DNA from: Geothrix sp. PMB-07
Lineage (GTDB): Bacteria > Acidobacteriota > Holophagae > Holophagales > Holophagaceae
Direction of reading: 5' to 3'
Length of the DNA: 40,000 bases
NCBI RefSeq assembly: GCF_030758935.1
Contig: NZ_CP132333.1
Location: 704,992-744,991, forward strand
Part shown: positions 1 to 8,073 of the stretch, piece after piece
How positions within the stretch are numbered: the first letter of the stretch is position 1
How the letters are laid out: every line of letters begins with the position of its first letter
Made by a program: the position numbers and the translations under genes
Notes under the pieces: model-generated
What the model saw: only the letters and a program-made list of their open reading frames with translations
Databases searched by the model: none
What the model was told of the DNA's origin: nothing

Positions 1-64
1 CACCGTAACCAAAGATGCTTGAAGCTCCTACCACCCAAGTCATTGAGGTGTTTCCATTGGTGAG

Positions 65-172
65 GCCTAACGAGAGAAGCTAACCGGCCCTATTGCTGCG
101 GGACACGGACGCTGAATTGTTTGAGGACACTAGCGCGCAGCGATAGGGTCCGAGTTGAGCGAGAGGTTAGAT
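65..172 (-). repeat. attC site, class 1 (108 bp)
   Basis: GCCTAAC at 65-71 and GTTAGAT at 166-172. The internal scaffold is nearly identical to 17 other copies. The stop codon of ORF 167-793 lies in the core. Confidence 0.9.
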
Positions 173-793
173 GGCTCGGGCATAGACGATGGCGGCGAGT
201 ATGAAGGAAATGAATGCCAAGGCCTGAAAAAAACTTAGCCCGCATTGCCATTGGAACATGCGGACAGGAAGAAGATGACCAACCTGTCGATTCTCTTTGT
301 GTTTGTTGAGATACCGCATAACGAGCCAGCGAGGCCATTTGGGAAAAGGCGCCGCGAAATCGGAGAGTACTTTGTTCATGCTGAACTCGGTTTCTAATTT
401 CAGACCACGTTGTTTTGCAGTCGCGATAATCTTTTCTTCATCTTCATGGTGTTTATCCATGATTGGTTTGATCTGTTGGATTAATTTTTCTTGGGAGTCG
501 CCACCAGTTTGAAAGAAGACGAATACGCATTTAGCGAGCAACCCAAACAGAGCTGAGATTGCCAGCATAAAAACTGCGACCTTGAATCCATGTCGGCCGA
601 GTGCCTGGAACATATTCAGTATGTTGGCGATCAATAATGTAGCGGCCGCGCCCGTTCCGGCCAACAACCAGGTTGAAAACGTGTCGATTTGGGGTGCTCG
701 AGAAACGAAATTCATGAACATGACTGAGACGAGCGCCTGTTCAGCATTCTCTTTGTTTAAGCGGTTCCATTCGAGGAGGGGATCTGGTTCCAT
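167..793 (-). CDS. Hypothetical membrane protein (208 aa), integron cassette
   Basis: ATG at 793 is preceded by GGAG. Several hydrophobic helices are present (e.g. WLLAGTGAAATLLIANIL, VAVFMLAISALFGLLAKCVFVFF, FISFILAAIVYA). The ORF fills the cassette. No family recognised. Confidence 0.6.
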   Translation of the reverse strand: MEPDPLLEWNRLNKENAEQALVSVMFMNFVSRAPQIDTFSTWLLAGTGAAATLLIANILNMFQALGRHGFKVAVFMLAISALFGLLAKCVFVFFQTGGDSQEKLIQQIKPIMDKHHEDEEKIIATAKQRGLKLETEFSMNKVLSDFAAPFPKWPRWLVMRYLNKHKENRQVGHLLPVRMFQWQCGLSFFQALAFISFILAAIVYARAI

Positions 794-810
794 GAGTCGC
801 TCCGGGAGCC

Positions 811-918
811 ATCTAACGAGAGAAGCTAACCGGCCCTATTGCTGCGGGACACGGTCGCTGAATTGTTTGAGGACACTAGCGCGCAGCGATAGGGTCCGAG
901 TTGAGCGGAAGGTTAGGC
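811..918 (-). repeat. attC site, class 1 (108 bp)
   Basis: ATCTAAC at 811-817 and GTTAGGC at 912-918, with the same conserved scaffold as the other class-1 sites. Confidence 0.9.
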
Positions 919-1281
919 ACCCGATGACGCTGGAGCCCACCCGGAAATTCGAGATGCCTGGATTGGGTGCAACGAAAGGGATGCCGCCCGAGCGAGAACA
1001 ACGCCTGGGCTGGCCGAGCCCAAAGGCAAAGAACTGAGGCGGATTGCGCCAGTGGCGGAGTAAGGGAAGGAACGGCGGAGCCAGAATGCCACGAGAAGCT
1101 GCTGGATTCACCGGAGTATCGAGGGAGAACGGCGGCGCAGCGCGACAGCGCAAGCCCGCCATTCACGAACAGCCAGAGGCACCGAGAGGCAGAGATTCAC
1201 GATTGGCAAAGCTAGGAGGTTGAATTTGAACCCCAATTGAGAAGGACCAACCCCGGAAGACGATGGGAAAGCGCCGGGTGT
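919..1281. repeat. ORF-less paralogous cassette, copy A (363 bp); candidate ncRNA or regulatory element
   Basis: Bounded by attC cores at 912-918 and 1282-1288. Homologous over its full length to the inserts at 3851, 11574, 12046, 12517 and 13669. No reading frame is conserved among the copies. This is the most divergent copy in its 3' third. Confidence 0.85.
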
Positions 1282-1390
1282 GCCTAACGAAGGAAGCTAA
1301 CCGGCCCTATTGCTGCGGGAACCGAGTGGCTGAATTGTTTGAGGACACTAGCGCGCAGCGATAGGGTCCGAGTTGAGCGAAAGGTTAGGC
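1282..1390 (-). repeat. attC site, class 1 (109 bp)
   Basis: GCCTAAC at 1282-1288 and GTTAGGC at 1384-1390, with the conserved scaffold. Confidence 0.9.
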
Positions 1391-1396
1391 GAGCCA

Positions 1397-1705
1397 TCAA
1401 TACTGTCGACGGTTACGCCTGGACCTTAAGAAAAACAGCAAAAGGATTGTGAGTGGAACGGACCATGATGCTGCCGACCCGAAAATAATGATCGCAGCGT
1501 CACCGAATTTTCCGTAGCCACCTCCAAAAAGTAGAGAGCCATTCAACGATGAATAGAGGGCAACGCCAGGCCAGAGACACCACGCGATAGCTGAGTCAGA
1601 GTGATTGCCCGTAAAAGGCGTCACCAAGAAATAGACGAGTGCAGAGATGGCACAACAGGCAAGGAAGGTTAGGAACCAGGACTGAAGGATGGCCTTGCTG
1701 GACAT
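1397..1705 (-). CDS. Small hypothetical membrane protein (102 aa), integron cassette
   Basis: ATG at 1705 is preceded by GGAG. The protein is strongly hydrophobic with predicted TM helices. It fills the cassette between two attC sites. Confidence 0.55.
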   Translation of the reverse strand: MSSKAILQSWFLTFLACCAISALVYFLVTPFTGNHSDSAIAWCLWPGVALYSSLNGSLLFGGGYGKFGDAAIIIFGSAASWSVPLTILLLFFLRSRRNRRQY

Positions 1706-1731
1706 GGGCGCTCCGGCTGTTCTGATGTTTC

Positions 1732-1840
1732 GCCTAACGAGTGAAGCTAACCGGCCCTATTGCTGCGGGGACACGGCCGCTGAATTGTTTGAGGACACTA
1801 GCGCGCAGCGATAGGGTCCGAGTTGAGCGGAGGGTTAGGC
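1732..1840 (-). repeat. attC site, class 1 (109 bp)
   Basis: GCCTAAC at 1732-1738 and GTTAGGC at 1834-1840. The TAA stop of ORF 1835-2302 lies inside the core. Confidence 0.9.
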
Positions 1841-2302
1841 GAGCAGCGACTTACGCATGGAAGCATTCGACATTTTTACACCGCGAACAATGATTTCGTG
1901 GCGATTCTCAACATGAAACCCGTATCTATTGAAAAACGGTTCTGCAGTGAGGCTTACCTTGGAGTGAAGCTCGTTAATCTGAAGCGAGGCTGCCTTGGAA
2001 TGAATGTGATTCATCAAGGCTTGCCCAACTCCACGTCTGGCAAAAAGCCCCGACACATAGAAATGGTCGATGTAACCAGAGTGCTGCAAGTCGGCATATC
2101 CTACGGCATAGCCATCGATTTCAGCAATAAACGGGTGAATAGCCTGGATGCGCTTGGCCCATTCAGCCCGATCGTAATCAAACGGCGCCCATGCTGATTG
2201 CTGCTCAGGTGTGTACTGCCCACCCGTTAGCTCATGGACTGACGAGAAGAAGATGGACCTGAGGGCTGGCTCATCGCCAATTTGGAAGTTTCGGATCAAC
2301 AT
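1835..2302 (-). CDS. GNAT-family N-acetyltransferase (155 aa), integron cassette
   Basis: GNAT-like layout with the acetyl-CoA binding motif RRGVGQALM and C-terminal FFNRYGF. The start is 8 nt from the attC core. Confidence 0.85.
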   Translation of the reverse strand: MLIRNFQIGDEPALRSIFFSSVHELTGGQYTPEQQSAWAPFDYDRAEWAKRIQAIHPFIAEIDGYAVGYADLQHSGYIDHFYVSGLFARRGVGQALMNHIHSKAASLQINELHSKVSLTAEPFFNRYGFHVENRHEIIVRGVKMSNASMRKSLLA

Positions 2303-2310
2303 TCACTGGC

Positions 2311-2418
2311 GCCTAACGAGTGAAGCTAACCGGCCCTATTGCTGCGGGACACGGACGCTGAATTGTTTGAGGACTCTATCGCGCAGCGATAGGGTCCGAG
2401 TTGAGCGGAGGGTTAGGC
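2311..2418 (-). repeat. attC site, class 1 (108 bp)
   Basis: GCCTAAC at 2311-2317 and GTTAGGC at 2412-2418, with the conserved scaffold. Confidence 0.9.
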
Positions 2419-2427
2419 GGAGGACGG

Positions 2428-2814
2428 TCAATGGGACAGGCTGCGGTTAATAAAATAGGCAACGAACAATGGAACCACAAAAACCAGCCGACTGAAGGAG
2501 ATTGAAACAAAGGCAATGATCAAACCGATGATCAACCGACCAAGGTGAATCACCTGTAGTTTCAGAGATTCTGATAATTCCTGGTCTGATGGAGACTGAG
2601 CGCCGACTTTAGGGAACCTTGCCGAGAGACGGCCACCCAGAACATAAACCGCTGAGAACCACGGAAACGCGAGCACTGCGAGTAGTAGAACCGAAATCGT
2701 AGCCGCCTTCCAGGACTTGTGATTGAGGAGAAAACCACCACCTAGAGAGTAGAAGGTTGCACAGAATGCCGCCTTGCGAACACAGAGGCGTGAATGGCGG
2801 GTGAGTGATGGCAA
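2428..2814 (-). CDS. Hypothetical membrane protein (128 aa), integron cassette
   Basis: It fills the cassette and has hydrophobic helices (ISVLLLAVLAFPWFSAVYVL, LIIGLIIAFVSISF). Only a TTG start at 2814 is available, with no internal Met, so the start is uncertain. Confidence 0.45.
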   Translation of the reverse strand: MPSLTRHSRLCVRKAAFCATFYSLGGGFLLNHKSWKAATISVLLLAVLAFPWFSAVYVLGGRLSARFPKVGAQSPSDQELSESLKLQVIHLGRLIIGLIIAFVSISFSRLVFVVPLFVAYFINRSLSH

Positions 2815-2820
2815 GTGAGC

Positions 2821-2944
2821 GCCTAACGAACCAGGCTAACCGGCCACGCCTGCGCCGAGGCGCAGAACGGAGTCGAGGAAGCGAGAAGAAGAGAAAGAGT
2901 GGAAGGCAATGCAGGCGGGGTCCGAGTTGAGCTAGGGGTTAGGG
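2821..2944 (-). repeat. attC site, class 2 (124 bp)
   Basis: GCCTAAC at 2821-2827 and GTTAGGG at 2938-2944. It has a longer centre, with GGCCACGCCTGC pairing to GCAGGCGGGGTCC. The scaffold is shared with the sites at 6736, 7950, 10369 and 10931. Confidence 0.85.
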
Positions 2945-2960
2945 TGATCTGAACACGAGC

Positions 2961-3275
2961 TTACTTTCTATACGGTTCATCTACCTCGGAGAGTTCTCTT
3001 TCAATCAGCTGAACGGCATCTCTAATGGTAAAGCTACAGAGAATAATGGCCATCAGTGACCAGATGATTTGCTTCCTTCCAATGGCTGCAAGGAGGGCAA
3101 GACCAATTAATAGGGCTGAGACTATTACGATCAAATCAAGTGCCCAGATAACTGGCCAACTGGCGATAAATGGTTTCCAAAAGAAAACATGTCTATGGAC
3201 GAGATGATTCCAGACGCAGACCAACGCTGACCCTATGAAAATCACCTTTCCTAGACTCAGGGTGACTCGGGTCAT
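2961..3275 (-). CDS. Small hypothetical membrane protein (104 aa), integron cassette
   Basis: ATG at 3275, 7 nt from the attC core. Hydrophobic helices are present. It fills the cassette. Confidence 0.5.
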   Translation of the reverse strand: MTRVTLSLGKVIFIGSALVCVWNHLVHRHVFFWKPFIASWPVIWALDLIVIVSALLIGLALLAAIGRKQIIWSLMAIILCSFTIRDAVQLIERELSEVDEPYRK

Positions 3276-3282
3276 GCGGGAG

Positions 3283-3391
3283 CCCTAACGAAGGAAGCTA
3301 ACCGGCCCTATTGCTGCGGGGACCAGGCAGCTGAATTGTTTGAGGACACTAGCGCGCAGCGATAGGGTCCGAGTTGAGCGGAAGGTTAGGC
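3283..3391 (-). repeat. attC site, class 1 (109 bp)
   Basis: Variant box CCCTAAC at 3283-3289 and GTTAGGC at 3385-3391, with the conserved scaffold. Confidence 0.88.
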
Positions 3392-3436
3392 CGATGATGG
3401 TTCCGTGAAGGCACTGGGCTTAGAAAAACAGAGGCA

Positions 3437-3739
3437 TTAATGATGAAAGAGAATGAACACGGCGGGCGGCAGAAGCATTAGAAGCCAACCGAAGCAGTGG
3501 GCTGGCCTACGTGCTTTGAATGTACGCAGCAGAATGGAAACTCCAAACGCGGAGACGAGAAAGGCAAGGCCAGCTACAGCGATGCCAACCCAACCATCGA
3601 TGAAAAGACTATGCCCACTTTTTCCCTTGAGGCTTATCCCCCCTTGCACGAGGTCAAGCCAGCCGAACAATGCGAAGAATGTCGCCAGAATACCGGCGAT
3701 GACGCGTTCAGCGAGGGGATCCTGCGGAGGAAGATTCAT
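3437..3739 (-). CDS. Small hypothetical membrane protein (100 aa), integron cassette
   Basis: ATG at 3739, 3 nt from the attC core. Three hydrophobic helices are present. It fills the cassette. Confidence 0.5.
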   Translation of the reverse strand: MNLPPQDPLAERVIAGILATFFALFGWLDLVQGGISLKGKSGHSLFIDGWVGIAVAGLAFLVSAFGVSILLRTFKARRPAHCFGWLLMLLPPAVFILFHH

Positions 3740-3742
3740 GAG

Positions 3743-3850
3743 GCCTAACGAGTGAAGCTAACCGGCCCTATTGCTGCGGGACACGGGCGCTGAATTGTTC
3801 GAGGACACTAGCGCGCAGCGATAGGGTCCGAGTTGAGCGGAAGGTTAGGC
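3743..3850 (-). repeat. attC site, class 1 (108 bp)
   Basis: GCCTAAC at 3743-3749 and GTTAGGC at 3844-3850. Confidence 0.9.
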
Positions 3851-4212
3851 ACCCGATGAAGCTGAAGCCCACCCGGTTTTCGAGATGCCCGGATTGGGTG
3901 GAATGATCGGAATGCCGCCCGAGCCTGAAGGATGATCGGGGTGCCGAGCCCAAAGGCAAAGAACTGAGACGGATTGCGCCGGGGGTGAGGTGAGGGATGG
4001 AACGGCGGAGCCAGGATGCCACGAGAAGCGGCTGGATTCACTGGAGGAGTGGCGGAGAACGGCTGCGCAGCGCGACAGCGCAAGCCCGCCATTCATGGCG
4101 AGTCTGAGCTACCGGGGCGCGGCGATTCACGATTGGCGAAGGCAGGGTGCCGAATCCCGCACTCCGATTGAGAAGGATCGAACCCGGAAGACGATGGGAA
4201 AGCGCCGGGTGT
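3851..4212. repeat. ORF-less paralogous cassette, copy B (362 bp)
   Basis: Same family as copies A and C-F. It is closest to copy F in the variable segment GAATGATCGGAATGCCGCC...GATGATCGGGGT. No conserved frame. Confidence 0.85.
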
Positions 4213-4321
4213 GCCTAACGAGAGAAGCTAACCGGCCCTATTGCTGCGGGGACACGGACGCTGAATTGTTTGAGGACACTAGCGCGCAGCGATAGGGTCC
4301 GAGTTGAGCGAGAGGTTAGGC
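4213..4321 (-). repeat. attC site, class 1 (109 bp)
   Basis: GCCTAAC at 4213-4219 and GTTAGGC at 4315-4321. The TAA stop of ORF 4316-4735 lies in the core. Confidence 0.9.
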
Positions 4322-4735
4322 CGACACCCGGTAGTACAAATGAGGAACCTGTTCTTTTGGATCTTTCCGAATGATCCCAGATTGAACGGCGGCGGTAAAT
4401 GCCTGCCCCAGGACTGCACCATCTTCGAATTCAGGGAAAGCCTCTGGTGTTGACTGGACGAATACAGACAAACGCCACAAATCAAACCCATCAACCCTTC
4501 CGTTATCTCCGAAGTCCCAATCAATGGGCCCTTCGGGGGTTTCGACTCGGCAACCAGCGCCATGAAAGGCATATTCGAATTGTTGCTCGACATCAATGAA
4601 TCCCATTCTGGAAAGTCCCTGACGGCGCCAATCCATAAGATCAGAAATCCCCCGATGCGCCTTAAACAGAGACACCGCCAAGCGAACCCGCGCCTGGTAT
4701 GCATCGATCAGTTGATTGAATCGAGAAAGGTCCAT
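4316..4735 (-). CDS. Hypothetical cytoplasmic protein (139 aa), integron cassette
   Basis: ATG at 4735, 8 nt from the attC core. The composition looks like a globular protein and contains an FHGAGC motif. Family not recognised with confidence. Confidence 0.6.
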   Translation of the reverse strand: MDLSRFNQLIDAYQARVRLAVSLFKAHRGISDLMDWRRQGLSRMGFIDVEQQFEYAFHGAGCRVETPEGPIDWDFGDNGRVDGFDLWRLSVFVQSTPEAFPEFEDGAVLGQAFTAAVQSGIIRKDPKEQVPHLYYRVSA

Positions 4736-4743
4736 TCAGTGCG

Positions 4744-4852
4744 GCCTAACGAGAGAAGCTAACCGGCCCTATTGCTGCGGGGACACGGGCGCTGAATGGT
4801 TTGAGGACTCTATCGCGCAGCGATAGGGTCCGAGTTGAGCGGATGGTTAGGC
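4744..4852 (-). repeat. attC site, class 1 (109 bp)
   Basis: GCCTAAC at 4744-4750 and GTTAGGC at 4846-4852. The TAA stop of ORF 4847-5323 lies in the core. Confidence 0.9.
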
Positions 4853-5323
4853 AATCTCTCGCTTTACGACGAAGGTTTTCGAGAGGGAATCGTGCCACCC
4901 GCGGGATTCAGAACCAAAGAAGGAAAAGGGCTCGAAGGGGATGTACCGAGAAAATGATCGGCCGACTACTTGCGGAAGAGATGGGGGTTCCCCGAACTCA
5001 TTTACAACCCTAGTTTTGGTAATCAACTTCCCGACCGTAAACCCAAATGTATATTCCATGGCGATGTAGTAGATGACTCCAAAGAAGATCGAGTACAAAT
5101 TTGCTGTGCATCCGGATTGAAGATGTGCGACGCCCTTGGTGCCAAAGGCCATACCAACGGCCAAGCCGAAGCAAATTTGAACAGCAAAGAGAATTAAACC
5201 GTCGATAATGGCGTTTGCGAAACGAGTGCCTGAGCTGACCAGGTTAAGGGGAATCCGCCTCGAGGAAATCTCAGCCACCAGCGGGCTGCTAGGAGGTTCG
5301 TAAGGATTTGGAAACTGTTCCAC
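4847..5323 (-). CDS. RDD-family membrane protein (158 aa), integron cassette
   Basis: GTRFANAIIDGLILF (R..D), TM helices, TVGKLITKTRVV and a C-terminal GWHDSLSKTFVV, which is typical of RDD domains. GTG start at 5323 with GAGG upstream. Confidence 0.72.
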   Translation of the reverse strand: MEQFPNPYEPPSSPLVAEISSRRIPLNLVSSGTRFANAIIDGLILFAVQICFGLAVGMAFGTKGVAHLQSGCTANLYSIFFGVIYYIAMEYTFGFTVGKLITKTRVVNEFGEPPSLPQVVGRSFSRYIPFEPFSFFGSESRGWHDSLSKTFVVKREIA

Positions 5324-5347
5324 GTTGACCTCGATTGTTGGTGAGTT

Positions 5348-5456
5348 GCCTAACGAGAGAAGCTAACCGGCCCTATTGCTGCGGGAACCTGGATGCTGAA
5401 TTGTTTGAGGACACTAGCGCGCAGCGATAGGGTCCGAGTTGAGCGGAGGGTTAGGC
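5348..5456 (-). repeat. attC site, class 1 (109 bp)
   Basis: GCCTAAC at 5348-5354 and GTTAGGC at 5450-5456. Confidence 0.9.
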
Positions 5457-5500
5457 CGGTGCGATTTCTCGAACGAAGATGCGTATGGATGCGCAGGAGG

Positions 5501-5770
5501 CTAATTGAAGTGCCCGTATCCCCGAAGCCTCGGTGGCAACTGGTCAGGGTAAGGAAAGAGGGGAATATCCACTCTTGGTCTTCCGCGCTCCACGACGGGT
5601 TCTTCGGTCGCCAGCAATGAGGCTATCCGGAATTTCTCTGCGCTATTCCATTTGGGAAGGGGGGTTACCCGAACCTGAATGCCCTTGGGGGTTGCGAGCC
5701 GAGGTCCTGAATCTCCGTTCGTAGCGGCGATGGCCAAGGTGTTCACGAGCAGCACGAGAAGGAAGCGCAT
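5501..5770 (-). CDS. Small secreted hypothetical protein (89 aa), integron cassette
   Basis: ATG at 5770 is preceded by GGGAGG. N-terminal signal-peptide-like MRFLLVLLVNTLAIAA. The 133-nt leader from the attC is unusually long. Confidence 0.55.
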   Translation of the reverse strand: MRFLLVLLVNTLAIAATNGDSGPRLATPKGIQVRVTPLPKWNSAEKFRIASLLATEEPVVERGRPRVDIPLFPYPDQLPPRLRGYGHFN

Positions 5771-5903
5771 GGAGTTTACCTCCCGACGAAGTATACGGCT
5801 TAACTGGGACCGCTACCCACAACGATGGCGGAAGCCCGGATGTCTCTGGGTGGACCGCGGGCGAATGCTTATAGACACCCGGTAAGGCAACTGAGATGGG
5901 CGG

Positions 5904-6012
5904 GCCTAACGAGAGAAGCTAACCGGCCCTATTGCTGCGGGAACCGGGACGCTGAATTGTTTGAGGACACTAGCGCGCAGCGATAGGGTCCGAGTTGAGC
6001 GGAGGGTTAGGC
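5904..6012 (-). repeat. attC site, class 1 (109 bp)
   Basis: GCCTAAC at 5904-5910 and GTTAGGC at 6006-6012. Confidence 0.9.
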
Positions 6013-6026
6013 GATCACGGGAGCGT

Positions 6027-6383
6027 TCACTCAGAATACTCCCTTGCTAGGGCTTCAACGACTCGCTTGATTAGCGGGTAAGGGATTGGTTTGTTCTTCG
6101 GAAATTGAAGATTTCCTTTCGGACCGCGGAAGGGGAGTAGCTCTTCATTGAGACGTTTGTCGCCCTTGACGGGTGGATAGATTCCGATGTGATGTTTGAA
6201 TGATGCGAAGTAGAAGAAAGTCTTCTGAAGCTTCAATGCAGGCATTTGGTAACTTATGCATTCGATGGCTTTGGGCACTGCCTGTTTGGCAATTCGCCGA
6301 ATCTCTTGAAGGATCAATTGAGATTCGGGGTCGACTGAGGCTAGGTAATCATCAACATCTACGAATTTCGGTCTGCCCGCCAT
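6027..6383 (-). CDS. DUF1801 (YdhG-like) domain protein (118 aa), integron cassette
   Basis: VDDYLASV...LQEIRRIAKQAVPKAIECISYQMPALKL...HIGIYP matches the YdhG/DUF1801 pattern. Confidence 0.82.
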   Translation of the reverse strand: MAGRPKFVDVDDYLASVDPESQLILQEIRRIAKQAVPKAIECISYQMPALKLQKTFFYFASFKHHIGIYPPVKGDKRLNEELLPFRGPKGNLQFPKNKPIPYPLIKRVVEALAREYSE

Positions 6384-6417
6384 TTCGACCTCCTGGTTGA
6401 GATGGTTCTAAGGTGGC

Positions 6418-6484
6418 GCCTAACGAGAATGAGCTAAGCGGACCGGGCGCTAGCGCACGGGTCCGCTTGAGCGAACGGTTAGGC
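6418..6484 (-). repeat. attC site, class 3 (67 bp, short)
   Basis: GCCTAAC at 6418-6424 and GTTAGGC at 6478-6484. The centre is compact, with GCGGACCGGGCGC pairing to GCGCACGGGTCCGC. It resembles the site at 9853. Confidence 0.85.
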
Positions 6485-6735
6485 AGTGCGTTGACCTTGG
6501 TGGAAGCGGGCAACGAACTGCCGAACGAAGGGAAAGATCGAATGAACGAAGCATAGCGCTTGGTGTTGCGCGGTTGAAGGGAAACGCCGTTGAAGGAACC
6601 AGGGCGAGACGAACCTGCAGTCGAACCCTGAAAAGTGCTGGTTCATGCGCGGTGATGACGTGCCCACGCGGGGCGATCAAAGATGCGAAAACCTGAAACC
6701 GAAGCGAAACCGTTTGAGACGAAGTGCTGGTGGCG
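6485..6735. other. Short cassette (251 bp) without a convincing ORF
   Basis: Bounded by the attC sites at 6418-6484 and 6736-6859. The only candidate is a 62-aa ORF (6479-6667, -) with no Shine-Dalgarno sequence and an odd composition. The plus strand is purine-rich with repeated GAACGAA. Confidence 0.5.
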
Positions 6736-6859
6736 GCCTAACGAGTGAAGCTAAGCGGCCACGCCTGCACCGAGTCGATGAGCGGAGTCGGGATAGCGAA
6801 ATGCTGAGAGAGAGCGAAAGGAAATGCAGGCGGGGTCCGACTTGAGCGGAGGGTTAGGC
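6736..6859 (-). repeat. attC site, class 2 (124 bp)
   Basis: GCCTAAC at 6736-6742 and GTTAGGC at 6853-6859, with the class-2 scaffold. Confidence 0.88.
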
Positions 6860-6873
6860 CGCTCGGCGAGGAG

Positions 6874-7362
6874 CTAAGGTTTTGGTTTTCTTGCACTGAA
6901 CGACCCATCAAGATTTTCTGTGACAACCAACCCCTTGCTACGCAGAAATTCAATCTGATCCTCCTTGGAAAGGGGTTTTGATGGATCTTCAGCAGGTGGA
7001 GGCTGAACTGCAATTTCTGAAGGCAGTTTGGAACGCTTGAGAAACCCCGCAAGCGAACCCCAACCGTCTTTGGCTGAAAAGCTGCCTTTGATATAGGGGC
7101 GACCGCCATCGGCTGGATGGAAAGGAGTCTCGAGGTAATCACGCTCTCCTTGGTGCAATTCACGAGCACCGCCGTCAGGATTCACGTATATGTAAGGGTA
7201 AGGGTGAACAAGGGCCTCTTCAGGTTGCACGATAGACCATTGGGGGCTTGGGTTTGGTAATCCGACCCGCTTGTTCTTTGATGAACCTCGCCCCTGCCTG
7301 AGAATCAGGACAATTGCTGCGATGCCTGAGATGAGAATTACCCAGCCTAGGATTGTTTGCAT
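6874..7362 (-). CDS. Hypothetical protein with N-terminal TM anchor (162 aa), integron cassette
   Basis: ATG at 7362, 8 nt from the attC core. N-terminal helix ILGWVILISGIAAIVLIL followed by a soluble domain. No family recognised. Confidence 0.6.
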   Translation of the reverse strand: MQTILGWVILISGIAAIVLILRQGRGSSKNKRVGLPNPSPQWSIVQPEEALVHPYPYIYVNPDGGARELHQGERDYLETPFHPADGGRPYIKGSFSAKDGWGSLAGFLKRSKLPSEIAVQPPPAEDPSKPLSKEDQIEFLRSKGLVVTENLDGSFSARKPKP

Positions 7363-7370
7363 GAGAAGCG

Positions 7371-7479
7371 GCCTAACGAGAGAAGCTAACCGGCCCTATT
7401 GCTGCGGGGACACGGATGCTGAATTGTTTGAGGACTCTATCGCGCAGCGATAGGGTCCGAGTTGAGCGGAGGGTTAGGC
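7371..7479 (-). repeat. attC site, class 1 (109 bp)
   Basis: GCCTAAC at 7371-7377 and GTTAGGC at 7473-7479. Confidence 0.9.
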
Positions 7480-7497
7480 CTGTGCCATTCGGAGCAT

Positions 7498-7890
7498 TCA
7501 AATGATCCCCCACTTTTTCTCAAGGCGAGCCAAGTCCGATAGAACTTTACGGAAAGCTTCTCGTTGTGAATCGCGATCCGCCTTCAATGATTTGAGGCCT
7601 TTTATCGTGGCGGAAGAAAGGTAAGGCTGTATGTCAGCAAACAGAACCGACTGGGTGAATGAAGTATTGTCCTTCAGGATGCCAATCGAAACTGGAATCG
7701 TTGGGTCGCCAACAATCTTGGTGATCTCAGAAACATTGCTTCGCCAGATAAGCAGCTTCTCCTTTCGTCGCGCATAACGAAGACGATGCCTCTCAATCCC
7801 CCATTTAGACCAAGGAGCTATCAGTGAGGCCACTGCGCCAATCAGACCACCCGAGAAAGCACCTGATACGACAGCATCCCAATTGACCAT
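7498..7890 (-). CDS. Hypothetical protein with N-terminal TM helix (130 aa), integron cassette
   Basis: ATG at 7890 with GGAGGA upstream (CCTGGAGGACTCCTGATG). N-terminal helix GGLIGAVASLIAPW. No family recognised. Confidence 0.55.
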   Translation of the reverse strand: MVNWDAVVSGAFSGGLIGAVASLIAPWSKWGIERHRLRYARRKEKLLIWRSNVSEITKIVGDPTIPVSIGILKDNTSFTQSVLFADIQPYLSSATIKGLKSLKADRDSQREAFRKVLSDLARLEKKWGII

Positions 7891-7949
7891 CAGGAGTCCT
7901 CCAGGTTGGAAACCGTTTTGCCATCATGCTAAGAAATGATTAGAGCAGG

Positions 7950-8073
7950 GCCTAACGAAGGAAGCTAAGCGGCACCGCCTGCGCCGAGACAACGAGCGGA
8001 GCCGAGATAGCAAGATGCTGAGAGAGAGCGGAAGGCAATGCAGGCGGGGTCCGACTTGAGCGAGGGGTTAGGC
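7950..8073 (-). repeat. attC site, class 2 (124 bp)
   Basis: GCCTAAC at 7950-7956 and GTTAGGC at 8067-8073. The site is entirely overlapped by the 3' end of ORF 7952-8623. Confidence 0.88.

Noticed and set aside
1-43. Possible 5' end of a 26th cassette ORF (ATG at 43-41 on the minus strand, open to the window edge)
   Set aside because: Only 14 codons are visible and no ribosome-binding site is present, so there is too little sequence to call a gene.
90-338. Short ORFs seeded in or running into attC sites (e.g. 90-338, 2211-2450, 4801-5013, 5393-5620, 7271-7453, 12390-12635)
   Set aside because: They translate the conserved attC scaffold (recurrent peptides such as ...EANRPYCCG... and ...RSDRVRVER...). 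They overlap better-supported cassette genes or lie antisense to them.
836-1166. ORFs of 80-170 aa inside the ORF-less cassettes (e.g. 836-1162, 876-1166, 967-1215, 3808-4092, 11621-12019, 11939-12289, 12434-12760, 12574-13077, 13626-13910)
   Set aside because: Frames are not conserved between the six paralogues because of 1-2 nt indels and a stop in copy C. Several overlapping frames are open at once. Most of these ORFs extend through attC sites. The translations are low-complexity (S/P/A/R-rich).
6479-6667. 62-aa ORF as the gene of the 251-bp cassette
   Set aside because: It has no ribosome-binding site and an unusual F/R/Q-rich composition. An overlapping alternative ORF (6450-6680) is equally open. 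I kept it only as a remote possibility.
6738-7169. 143-aa minus-strand ORF overlapping the 6874-7362 cassette gene and the class-2 attC
   Set aside because: It is an alternative frame of a better-supported ORF. Its C-terminal part is translated attC sequence, and its start lies inside the other gene.
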